A DNA stretch of 64,000 nucleotides from Candidatus Sumerlaeota bacterium (GTDB taxonomy: Bacteria > Sumerlaeota > Sumerlaeia > UBA8349): assembly GCA_016931035.1 (NCBI GenBank), contig JAFGFN010000167.1:2124-66123 (forward strand), written 5' to 3'. Below are positions 8,443-16,060 of the stretch, in pieces. Both the position numbers and the translations under genes were made by a program. The notes under the pieces are model-generated. The model made no database searches and was not told the DNA's origin. It worked only from the letters and a program-made list of their open reading frames with translations. The stretch's first letter is position 1. Each line of letters starts with the position of its first letter.

Positions 8443-8668
8443 GGCGGGGGGCTCCTCGCCCCCCGCACCCCCTCGGCCGGCAATGGCCGGCGGCATGGTC
8501 TTGTTGCTCCCCTTTCCCTCGCCGCGCCTGAGGCGCGGCGAGGGAAAGGGGAGCAACGGTCGCCTCGCCTTCTGAACGGGTCGGCGTCGACGCCGACCCG
8601 TTCAGAAAGCGAAAGATCAGGGTCCAGGGAGCGCGCTCCCTGGCAGGGGTGCAGGGGACAGAGTCCCC
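8443..8668. repeat. cluster of six consecutive GC-rich palindromes/hairpins in one intergenic spacer
   Basis: Six stems: 8444-8466 (8-9 bp); 8476-8491 (gccggc-aatg-gccggc); 8503-8557 (perfect 26-bp stem, loop tga); 8570-8607 (36-38 nt perfect palindrome centred on gtcgac); 8624-8643 (20-nt perfect palindrome ccagggagcgcgctccctgg); 8654-8668 (ggggac-aga-gtcccc). Confidence 0.9.
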
Positions 8669-8727
8669 GCTCAGTATTCCGATATCGAACCGCCGAGCGA
8701 GCGACTCGGAGTTGCGGAGGTCGAGCG

Positions 8728-9729
8728 ATGCTTCGAATTCCTTACGACGAGATGGTCGGCGAGTTCGCGCGCGTTCTTCTCAAGAACGGCTTCTCGCGCG
8801 AACGGGCCGAGCTCAGCGCCCGCCTTTTCGCCGACGCGAGTCGCGACGGGGTCTATTCGCACGGAGCGAATCGTTTCGCGCGCCACATAGAGGATATCGC
8901 CGGGGGCCGAATCGTAGTCGATGCCGAGCCCGAACTCGTCGAGACCGTTGGAGTCGTCGAACGATGGGACGGTCGCCAGGGACCGGGGAACCTCAACGCT
9001 TGGTTTTGCATGAACCGCGCGATCGAGGCCGCGCGCCGCTCCGGGATCGGATGCGTTGCGATCCGCAACACCAACCATTGGCTTCGTCCGGGGAACTTCG
9101 GTTTGCAGGCGGCTGACGCGGGCTGCATCGGCATCTGTTGGAGCAACACGATCAACAACCTGCCCGCCTGGGGCGCCAAGGAGGCGCGCCTGGGCAACAA
9201 CCCTGTGGTGATCGCCGTCCCGCGCGACGAAGGGCACGTTCTGCTTGACATGGCGATGAGTCAGTTTTCCTTCGGCAAGCTCGCCGTGTACGCGCGCTCG
9301 GGCGAGCCGCTGCCCGTCGTCGGAGGGTACGACGAGGAGGGCCGTCCGACGCGCGACGCCGCGGCGATCGCCCGGAGTCGCCGCGCCATGCCGATCGGCT
9401 ACTGGAAGGGGGCCGGTCTCTCGATGATGCTCGATCTGATAGCCGCGCTTCTCTCGGGTGGCAACGCCATCCAGCAGATCGCCGCGCTCGGCGCCGAGTG
9501 CATGCTTTCCCAGGTTTTCATCGCGATCGACGTCGACCGGATCGTCGGGCATGAGAATCGCAACCGGGTCGTCCACGAGATCCTCGAGTACGCCGCCGGT
9601 TCCGAGCCCGCCGGGCCGGACGAACGCGTCTACTTCCCGGGGGAACGCACTCTTTTGACCCGCGCCGAAAACCTGGCGAAAGGCGTCCCGGTCGATCCGG
9701 AGATCTGGGAAGGCATTCTGAGGCTTTGA
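8728..9729 (+). CDS. Ldh_2-family dehydrogenase, YiaK/DlgD-like (3-dehydro-L-gulonate 2-dehydrogenase-like)
   Basis: The start is the in-frame ATG at 8728 (MLRIPYDEM...). GVYSHGANRF, WGAKEARLGNNPVVIAVP, MPIGYWKGAGLSMMLDLIAALLSGG and QVFIAIDVDR closely follow E. coli YiaK as I recall it. The ORF track start at 8431 reads through the palindrome cluster. Confidence 0.85.
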   Translation: MLRIPYDEMVGEFARVLLKNGFSRERAELSARLFADASRDGVYSHGANRFARHIEDIAGGRIVVDAEPELVETVGVVERWDGRQGPGNLNAWFCMNRAIEAARRSGIGCVAIRNTNHWLRPGNFGLQAADAGCIGICWSNTINNLPAWGAKEARLGNNPVVIAVPRDEGHVLLDMAMSQFSFGKLAVYARSGEPLPVVGGYDEEGRPTRDAAAIARSRRAMPIGYWKGAGLSMMLDLIAALLSGGNAIQQIAALGAECMLSQVFIAIDVDRIVGHENRNRVVHEILEYAAGSEPAGPDERVYFPGERTLLTRAENLAKGVPVDPEIWEGILRL

Positions 9730-9752
9730 GTCGGGCGGAACGCCCGGAGGTT

Positions 9753-10568
9753 TCAGACCGGTTTGACGGGCGCGAAGAAGTGCTTGAATTGGTGCTCGAT
9801 GATGGCGCCGATGCTGCGAGTCGCCTCCTCGGGCGGATCGACGAAGCGAACGCCGAGGAAGAAGTTCTCCTTCTGACGGATGGTCCACCGGACTTCGCAA
9901 GCGATCTCGTTGAAACGAGTCTCGACTGGCGGCGGAATGTCGAAACCCATGTGAAGTCGGATCTCCTGCGCGTAGAGGGCCTCGAGCACATCGAGTCTGT
10001 ATAGAGGGTGTTGGGCGACGGCGACGCCCAATGCAACCAGGCCCGCGGCCCCGCGCGGGTTCCCCTCATCGTAGATCGGAAGAAGGATCTGAAGACCGCC
10101 CTGGCTCAGATTGATGATCGTAGCCGACATCGGGGCGAGACCGCCCGCCTCGGAGCCCGACAATCCCGCGCCCTTGTCGTTCTTGAGGAGTCCTGCCGCT
10201 GTCTTCGCCGCCGCCGCCGCGTCGTCGAGCGTCAGGGTGGTGGGAATGTTGCAGTCGACGCGATCGTGTCGACGGAGCGTTTTCTGTTCGTATTCCTCCG
10301 GATAGCGGAGAACCGCCATAGGGACCGGTTCGAGGATCGCCTTCACGATGAGGGCTCGGAAGCCGACCATGCGTCCGTCGCTGAAGAACCGAACGATGCA
10401 ATCCTCCGCGGCGCGGAGAAACATCGTCTTCGATTCGTGTTGGGGCATGTCGATGATGAGATAGTTGGGCTCGCGCGCGCCGAGAATCGTGCTGGTGGCC
10501 TTGATCTGGGCCTTGCCGACGTTTCGTTCGACGAAAATGTCCTGACCGAGATCGAAGTGCAGTTTCAT
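9753..10568 (-). CDS. PilZ-domain protein (YcgR-like architecture), putative c-di-GMP receptor
   Basis: RRHDRV (RxxxR) and INLSQGG (D/NxSxxG) motifs follow an N-terminal YcgR-like domain. The start at MKLHFDLG (complement of 10566-10568) overlaps the upstream gene stop by 4 nt. Confidence 0.7.
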   Translation of the reverse strand: MKLHFDLGQDIFVERNVGKAQIKATSTILGAREPNYLIIDMPQHESKTMFLRAAEDCIVRFFSDGRMVGFRALIVKAILEPVPMAVLRYPEEYEQKTLRRHDRVDCNIPTTLTLDDAAAAAKTAAGLLKNDKGAGLSGSEAGGLAPMSATIINLSQGGLQILLPIYDEGNPRGAAGLVALGVAVAQHPLYRLDVLEALYAQEIRLHMGFDIPPPVETRFNEIACEVRWTIRQKENFFLGVRFVDPPEEATRSIGAIIEHQFKHFFAPVKPV

Positions 10569-10783
10569 TTCGGCTCCGCGGGACGTTTCGCCATGGCGCG
10601 CTCCCATTCGGCGCGATCGAGAACCGCGGATTCGTCGATCAACATAACGGGAATGCCGTCGGCTACGTCAAAGCGCCGCCTGCACGCTTCGTTCGTGCAG
10701 AAGATGCTCGACTCCGATTCGAAGACGGGCGATTTGCACGCCGGACACGCCAGGATCTCCATCAGTCTGGGATCGATAGGCAT
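10565..10783 (-). CDS. Trm112/UPF0434-family small zinc-ribbon-like protein
   Basis: MEILACPACKSPV...GIPVMLIDES is the canonical Trm112p-like motif. Confidence 0.8.
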   Translation of the reverse strand: MPIDPRLMEILACPACKSPVFESESSIFCTNEACRRRFDVADGIPVMLIDESAVLDRAEWERAMAKRPAEPK

Positions 10784-10948
10784 TCTTCACGCTCCTTTGC
10801 CGCGCGGCGCTCGCTCGCCGCCGGACTGCCTCGCAGAGGCGTCTCGCCTCTTTCGGGTAACCCCACGCCAGCGAAAGAATACCCCCGCGCCCCGGGCCTG
10901 ACAACGAAAAACCTTCTCCCGCGCCTTGGCGCCCCAAGGCGATTTAGG

Positions 10949-10978
10949 TTGATTCGGGCGTCGCGCGGTTCCTATGAT
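10949..10978 (+). promoter_or_regulatory. possible sigma70 promoter
   Basis: TTGATT (10949-10954), an 18-nt spacer, then TATGAT (10973-10978), about 85 nt upstream of ATG 11064. Confidence 0.3.
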
Positions 10979-11063
10979 GGATTGTTACGGGTTTTTATCT
11001 CATGCCGTAACTCGGAAAGCGGGGCCGGACTGCGTTCCCTCCTCGCAAGGAGAGAGCCCTACG

Positions 11064-11501
11064 ATGTTTAGTAGACGCAGTTCCCCAGGCGCCTCGCGGC
11101 GCGGTTTCTACCTGATCGGTCTTCTGATCGTCATCGCGATCCTGTTCATTCTCTACGGCAAGGAGTTGCTCCCCGACAAGACGACCGGGAAGTCCACGCA
11201 GGACATGGCGCTCGAGCGCTCGAAAGGCGCGGCCTGCACGGCCAACCGCCAGGCCTTGTCGGTCCAGATCACGGCCTGGTCGTTGAATCATTCGGGCGAA
11301 ACCGCGACCGTCGAGAGGTTGCGGCAAGACGGCGTCAACGTTCCCCCTTGTCCCGAGGGCGGCGTCCTGTCGATCGGCGCCGACGGCCACACCATCTATT
11401 GCTCGATTCACGATCCCGCTCCCGGCGACGCTCCTCCGGCCGGTTCCACCTCGCCTCCGGGTCCCGTCGTTCCCAACATCCCGAGCGGGCTGGGAATGTG
11501 A
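11064..11501 (+). CDS. small secreted/membrane protein with a degenerate prepilin-like N-terminus
   Basis: The RBS aaggagag precedes ATG 11064. RRGFYLIGLLIVIAILFIL resembles the G/FTLIELLVVIAI methylation motif, but Glu5 is replaced by Gly. The C-terminus is Cys-containing and Pro-rich. Confidence 0.5.
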   Translation: MFSRRSSPGASRRGFYLIGLLIVIAILFILYGKELLPDKTTGKSTQDMALERSKGAACTANRQALSVQITAWSLNHSGETATVERLRQDGVNVPPCPEGGVLSIGADGHTIYCSIHDPAPGDAPPAGSTSPPGPVVPNIPSGLGM

Positions 11502-11542
11502 CGGATCGCCCCTTCATAGTGTGTGCGAAAGGAGTCGTCGCG

Positions 11543-12745
11543 ATGCGCCGCTTCGCCTTTGCGTCTTCTGTCCTGACCGCCGTTCTCCTGGGGACATGCC
11601 AGACCGTCTCGGTCGGCGATCCGGGGTCGGCCGACCCCGTGGCGTCGTTGGCCGACGGGGCGCCCGTCCTGGGGAGTCCCCATGCCCGCGTGACCCTGGT
11701 CGAGTTCTTCGACTTTCAGTGTACGCACTGCAAGCGAACAGTCCCCGTCCTCGACGAACTTCTCAAAGCCTACCCTCGAGACCTGAAGATCGTCTCGAAG
11801 CCCTATATGCGGGCCTACACTCAGACGCGGGAAAAGATGCTCGTCCACCCGTCGTTCCGCGCCGCGGCCGCCGCGCTCGCCGCCGACCGGCAGGGGCGGT
11901 ACTCGGAAACGATGCACGCGCTGTTCGACCGTCAGCCCCGTTTCTCCGAAGAGGAATTGGTGCAGTACGCCCGCGAGATCGGGTTGGACGTCGATCGATT
12001 CAACCGCGACCGGTCCGATCCCGCCGTGATCGCCCGGGTCGAGGCGAACGGAAGGGAAGCCGGGCGGCTCGGTGTCGCCAACACGCCTGCCGTCGTGCTA
12101 AACGGGAAGACCTACCAGGGGGGACGGGATTTCGATTTCTACGCGGGCCTGGTGGCCGACGCCCTCGGACAAGCCCCGGCGCGATCCGCCAATCCGCGCT
12201 CGGAATCCCCGCCGGTGACGTGGAACGACATGATCTTCCCCGTTTCGCCTCTCGAACCGGTCACCGCGAAACCCATTCTCCGAGTCGGCGACGCCGCGCC
12301 CGATTTCACCCTTCCCGGAGCGTGCGGCCGGACGTTCCACCTATCGGATTACCGGGGAAAGCAGAACGTGATCCTCTCGTTCGTCCCGGCGGCGTTCACA
12401 CCCGTCTGCAGCGGGCAGTGGCCGCATTACATCGCCCGGAAGGACGCGCTCGACGCGCTCGACACCGTTGTTCTCGGCATCACGACCGACAACGTCCCGT
12501 CGCTCTGGGCTTGGACGCGCGGGATGGAAGGTCTCAACTTCCCCGTCCTGTCGGATTTCTGGCCCCACGGCGCGACGGCGGCAAAATACGGCGTTCTGCG
12601 CCCCGAATCGGGCACGACGGAACGCGCGCTTTTCCTCGTGGACAAGAAGGGGACGATTCGCTACATCGACATCCACGACATCAACACCGAACCCGACATG
12701 GAGCCGTTGATGAAGGTCGTCGAGACCCTCGCCTCCAAGAAGTAG
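11543..12745 (+). CDS. lipoprotein fusion of a DsbA-like thioredoxin domain and a peroxiredoxin (AhpC/TSA-BCP-like) domain
   Basis: The RBS aaaggag precedes ATG 11543. The lipobox-like signal is VLTAVLLGTC. The N-terminal half is LVEFFDFQCTHCKR (CxxC, DsbA-like). The C-terminal half is GDAAPDFTLP...VILSFVPAAFTPVCS (peroxidatic Cys motif). Confidence 0.8.
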   Translation: MRRFAFASSVLTAVLLGTCQTVSVGDPGSADPVASLADGAPVLGSPHARVTLVEFFDFQCTHCKRTVPVLDELLKAYPRDLKIVSKPYMRAYTQTREKMLVHPSFRAAAAALAADRQGRYSETMHALFDRQPRFSEEELVQYAREIGLDVDRFNRDRSDPAVIARVEANGREAGRLGVANTPAVVLNGKTYQGGRDFDFYAGLVADALGQAPARSANPRSESPPVTWNDMIFPVSPLEPVTAKPILRVGDAAPDFTLPGACGRTFHLSDYRGKQNVILSFVPAAFTPVCSGQWPHYIARKDALDALDTVVLGITTDNVPSLWAWTRGMEGLNFPVLSDFWPHGATAAKYGVLRPESGTTERALFLVDKKGTIRYIDIHDINTEPDMEPLMKVVETLASKK

Positions 12746-13112
12746 CGCGGGCACGTTCCCGCAAGCAGGTTCCCCGTAGTCGTCGGGTGGTTCCGTTTCT
12801 GCCTCTCGAACTTCGGGATTCCTCCGACCGCGTCGCATCGTCCGGACAATCCTCCAGAAAATCCTTGCGCTCGGCGGTGCGGATTGGCACACTGACCCCA
12901 AGCACAACCCGCCGCGTTCCTTTCGGAGCGCGGCCCCCCGACATCTTCGATCGAGGAAGAGGAGGCGTGGCGAACAAGCGATTTCATCCGATCGCTCCTT
13001 TCCCCTGCAAGCGTTGACAACCGACTAGACACGCAGGTCGTGGGTTTCTTGCCCGAGGCGGGCGGGAATGCTCACGGCGATTCCCGTTCCACCCCCAGGA
13101 GGACGCGCAGAG

Positions 13113-13502
13113 ATGAACAAGACATCCTTACCCGCAACCCGCAGGACCGGCGGCTCGGCCGAGAGTCGCTCCAAGCTGTTCTACCGCATTCAGGAAGTCG
13201 CGGAGATCACCGGCGTCAAACCCTACATCCTTCGCTATTGGGAGCGCGAGTTTCGCCAACTCTCGCCCCAGAAGGACAAGAACGATCAGCGCCGCTATCG
13301 TCGGCCCGACATCGACCTGATCCTCGACATCAAGGACCTTCTCTACGCCCAGAAATTCACGATCGCGGGAGCGCGCAAACGCATCCGCGCCCAACGGTCG
13401 AAGGGCAACGGCAAGCGTTCGCCAGACGCCTCGACCCACCGGTCGACGTTGCGCGGCATCCGCGCCGAGCTCCACGACCTGATGAACCTTCTCAAGGTCT
13501 GA
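13113..13502 (+). CDS. MerR-family transcriptional regulator
   Basis: LFYRIQEVAEITGVKPYILRYWEREF...RRYRRPDIDLILDIKDLLY is a MerR-type wHTH. The start at MNKT (13113) is preferred; the ORF begins at 13068. Confidence 0.8.
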   Translation: MNKTSLPATRRTGGSAESRSKLFYRIQEVAEITGVKPYILRYWEREFRQLSPQKDKNDQRRYRRPDIDLILDIKDLLYAQKFTIAGARKRIRAQRSKGNGKRSPDASTHRSTLRGIRAELHDLMNLLKV

Positions 13503-13549
13503 GCGGTGTAAGATTCCGGTCGCGCGCGGGGTTTCTTCCTGGGAGTTCG

Positions 13550-13650
13550 CTTGAAGAAGCAGGCTGAAGCCTGTACTCCGAACGGCTTGAAGAAGCAGGC
13601 TGAAGTCTGTACTCTGAACGGTTGAGAGTACAGGCTTCAGCCTGCTTCTC
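13550..13650. repeat. REP-A element: two direct 36-nt units plus one inverted unit
   Basis: cttgaagaagcaggctgaagcctgtactccgaacgg (13550-13585) and cttgaagaagcaggctgaagtctgtactctgaacgg (13586-13621) are followed by gagagtacaggcttcagcctgcttc. The element is followed by tctctttt and may terminate the MerR gene. Confidence 0.9.
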
Positions 13651-13688
13651 TCTTTTCGACCGACCGCCTCTTTGCCGACCGGACCGCC

Positions 13689-15983
13689 ATGAATCTCAGC
13701 GAAACGACCCGCCTCATCGAATCCGGCGCGCGGATCGCGCCCGACGACGCGCTGCGTCTGCGCGAGAGCGTTTCGCTTTTCGATCTCGGGCGTCTGGCCT
13801 CGATCCGTCGCCGCGCGCTCCACGGCGACCGGGTCGGCTATACGGTCAACCTCCACATCGACGTCACCAACATCTGCGCCAACCGGTGCCGGTTCTGTGC
13901 CTTCCGGCGCGACGAAGGGGACGCCGACGCCTACGCGATGACCCCCGAGGCCGTCTGGCGCTATGCCGAGGAACGCGCGCCCGACGGCGTGCGCGAATTC
14001 CACGTGGTCGGCGGCTTGAATCCGCGCGTGACGCTCGAGAATTTCGAGACGATTCTGCGCGGACTTCGCGTGCGTTTTCCCGACGTTCATCTCAAAGCCT
14101 TCACCGCCGTCGAGATCGACCACCTGGCGCGCACCGAGGGACTGACGGTCGAGGAGGTGCTGAGGCGGTTGATCGACTCGGGCCTGGGGTCGCTCACCGG
14201 AGGCGGGGCCGAGACGCTCAGCGAGCGCGTGCGCCGCGAGGTGTGTCCCGACAAGCTGGACGGCGAAGGCTATCTCGACGTCCATCGCCGGGCGCACCGC
14301 GTCGGACTCCGCTCCACCGCGACGCTTCTCTTCGGCCACGTCGAGACGGTGGAGGAGCGGATCGACCATCTTCGCCGGATTCGCGAACTCCAAGACGAAA
14401 CCGGCGGATTCACGGCTTTCGTTCCGCTCGTCTTCCATCCGGCCAACACCGAGCTCGATCGCCTTCGCCGCGCGACGGCGCGCGAAATCCTCGAGACGAT
14501 CGCGCTGTCGCGTCTCATGCTCGACAATGTCCCGCATATCAAGGCCTATTGGATTTCGCTCGGTCTCAAGCTCGCCCAAATCGCCCTCGCGTGGGGCGCC
14601 GACGACCTGGACGGCACGGTCGTCGACGAACGCATCCACCACAGCGCCGGTGCGTCGAGTCCGCGCGCGCTCACCCCGCGCGCGGTTCGCCGGACGATCT
14701 CGGAGGCGGGATTCGCCCCGGTCGAACGCGATGCGCTGCACCGGCCCGTTCGCGATTCGTTTCCGGAGGACGAAACGGATCGCGAGAAGAGAATCGTTGG
14801 AGTGCAAGGACTGGGTTCGTCGCGTCCCGCGGGAGCCGACCTCGAATCCATCGCTTTGGGCAAGACTCGCATGACGCGAGACCAAGCGGCGCAACTCCTC
14901 GCGCAAGGCGACCTGATCGACCTCGGTCGCGCGGCCAACGACATGAGAATGCGGCTGCACCCGGACCCGATCGTCACCTACGCCATCGACCGCAACATCA
15001 ACACGACCAACGAGTGCGTTTCGCTCTGCGAGTTCTGCGCCTTCGCGCGCGAGCCGTCGGCGAGCGAAGCCTGGACGCTCGATCGCGACGCGATCGCGGC
15101 CAAAATCGAGGAACTCTGCGCCTGCGGGGGACGTCAGATTCTGTTGCAGGGCGGCCTCAGCCCCCGGCTCGACCTCGCATGGTACGAAAACCTCTTCCGA
15201 TGGATGCGCGAACGATGGCCCGATCTTCACATCCATGCCTTGTCGCCGCCCGAAATCAAGCACCTCGCCTCGGGCGCCGGGATCGGGTGGCGCGAGACGA
15301 TCACGCGGCTTCGCGCCGCGGGTCTCGATTCGATTCCCGGCGGAGGCGCCGAAATCCTGAGCGATCGCGTGCGCGCGGCGTTGAGTCCGCGCAAATGCAC
15401 GGCGGACGAATGGATCGGCGTCATGCGCGCGGCGCACGAAGAGGGGCTCCGCACGTCGGCCACCATGGTCGTCGGCCTGGGCGAGACCCCGGCCGAGCGC
15501 GCCGAACACTTCGACCGCATTCGAGCGCTCCAGGACGAAACGGGCGGCTTCACGGCGTTCATTGTCTGGACTTTTCAGCCCGGCGCGACGCGGCTGGCGA
15601 GAAGGGCCGAGGAGGAAGTGGACGGAGTGGACTCGGTGAACGGGGTGGACAAGGAAAAGAAGGAAGACATGTCTCCGGGTGTTCTTGGGGCGGGTGCGTG
15701 GGATTATCTTCGGACTTTGGCGGTGGCGCGACTCTATCTCGACAACGTCGCCAACCTCCAGGCCTCGTGGGTGACCCAAGGGGACGACATCGCCCAACTG
15801 GCGCTTCTCTTCGGCGCGAACGATCTCGGCTCGACGATGCTCGAAGAGAACGTCGTGGCCGCCGCGGGAACCCGGTTCCGCATGGGGATCGACGATTTCG
15901 AACGTCTCGCCGCCGATCTCGGGATGCGCGTCGTCGAGCGAGACTTTTTCTACCGCCCCCGTTCGGAATTTGGTAAGATCTAG
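13689..15983 (+). CDS. fusion of two radical SAM enzymes of the MqnE/MqnC/CofH clade (N-terminal half MqnE-like, C-terminal half MqnC-like; futalosine menaquinone pathway)
   Basis: There are two CxxxCxxC clusters in the family context: NLHIDVTNICANRCRFCAF and DRNINTTNECVSLCEFCAF. Each half has GGGAE and QDETGGFTAF. The first half ends DGTVVDERIHHSAGA (MqnE-like as I recall it); the second has GSTMLEENVVAAAG (MqnC-like). Confidence 0.8.
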   Translation: MNLSETTRLIESGARIAPDDALRLRESVSLFDLGRLASIRRRALHGDRVGYTVNLHIDVTNICANRCRFCAFRRDEGDADAYAMTPEAVWRYAEERAPDGVREFHVVGGLNPRVTLENFETILRGLRVRFPDVHLKAFTAVEIDHLARTEGLTVEEVLRRLIDSGLGSLTGGGAETLSERVRREVCPDKLDGEGYLDVHRRAHRVGLRSTATLLFGHVETVEERIDHLRRIRELQDETGGFTAFVPLVFHPANTELDRLRRATAREILETIALSRLMLDNVPHIKAYWISLGLKLAQIALAWGADDLDGTVVDERIHHSAGASSPRALTPRAVRRTISEAGFAPVERDALHRPVRDSFPEDETDREKRIVGVQGLGSSRPAGADLESIALGKTRMTRDQAAQLLAQGDLIDLGRAANDMRMRLHPDPIVTYAIDRNINTTNECVSLCEFCAFAREPSASEAWTLDRDAIAAKIEELCACGGRQILLQGGLSPRLDLAWYENLFRWMRERWPDLHIHALSPPEIKHLASGAGIGWRETITRLRAAGLDSIPGGGAEILSDRVRAALSPRKCTADEWIGVMRAAHEEGLRTSATMVVGLGETPAERAEHFDRIRALQDETGGFTAFIVWTFQPGATRLARRAEEEVDGVDSVNGVDKEKKEDMSPGVLGAGAWDYLRTLAVARLYLDNVANLQASWVTQGDDIAQLALLFGANDLGSTMLEENVVAAAGTRFRMGIDDFERLAADLGMRVVERDFFYRPRSEFGKI

Positions 15984-16060
15984 CGAATGTGGCGGGAATG
16001 TCTCGCCCGCATGCCACGGACACAATGTCGATATTGCACGAGGAGCGACCAGCGTACGCC

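Noticed and set aside
8431-8727. 99-aa N-terminal extension of the dehydrogenase ORF
   Set aside because: The extension is a translation of the palindrome cluster (repetitive, RG/SP-rich). The homologous YiaK-like sequence starts at the Met at 8728.
13550-13650. Possible CRISPR array (direct 36-nt repeats)
   Set aside because: There are only two directly abutting units with no spacer between them, plus an inverted copy. The same core is dispersed as single palindromes elsewhere, and no cas genes are present. This is REP-like, not CRISPR.
13128-16025. 965-aa ORF on the minus strand
   Set aside because: It lies entirely antisense to the well-supported radical SAM fusion gene and the MerR gene. 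Its product is Arg/Gly/Ala/Pro-rich low-complexity sequence with no motifs. Long stop-free antisense frames are expected in GC-rich DNA.
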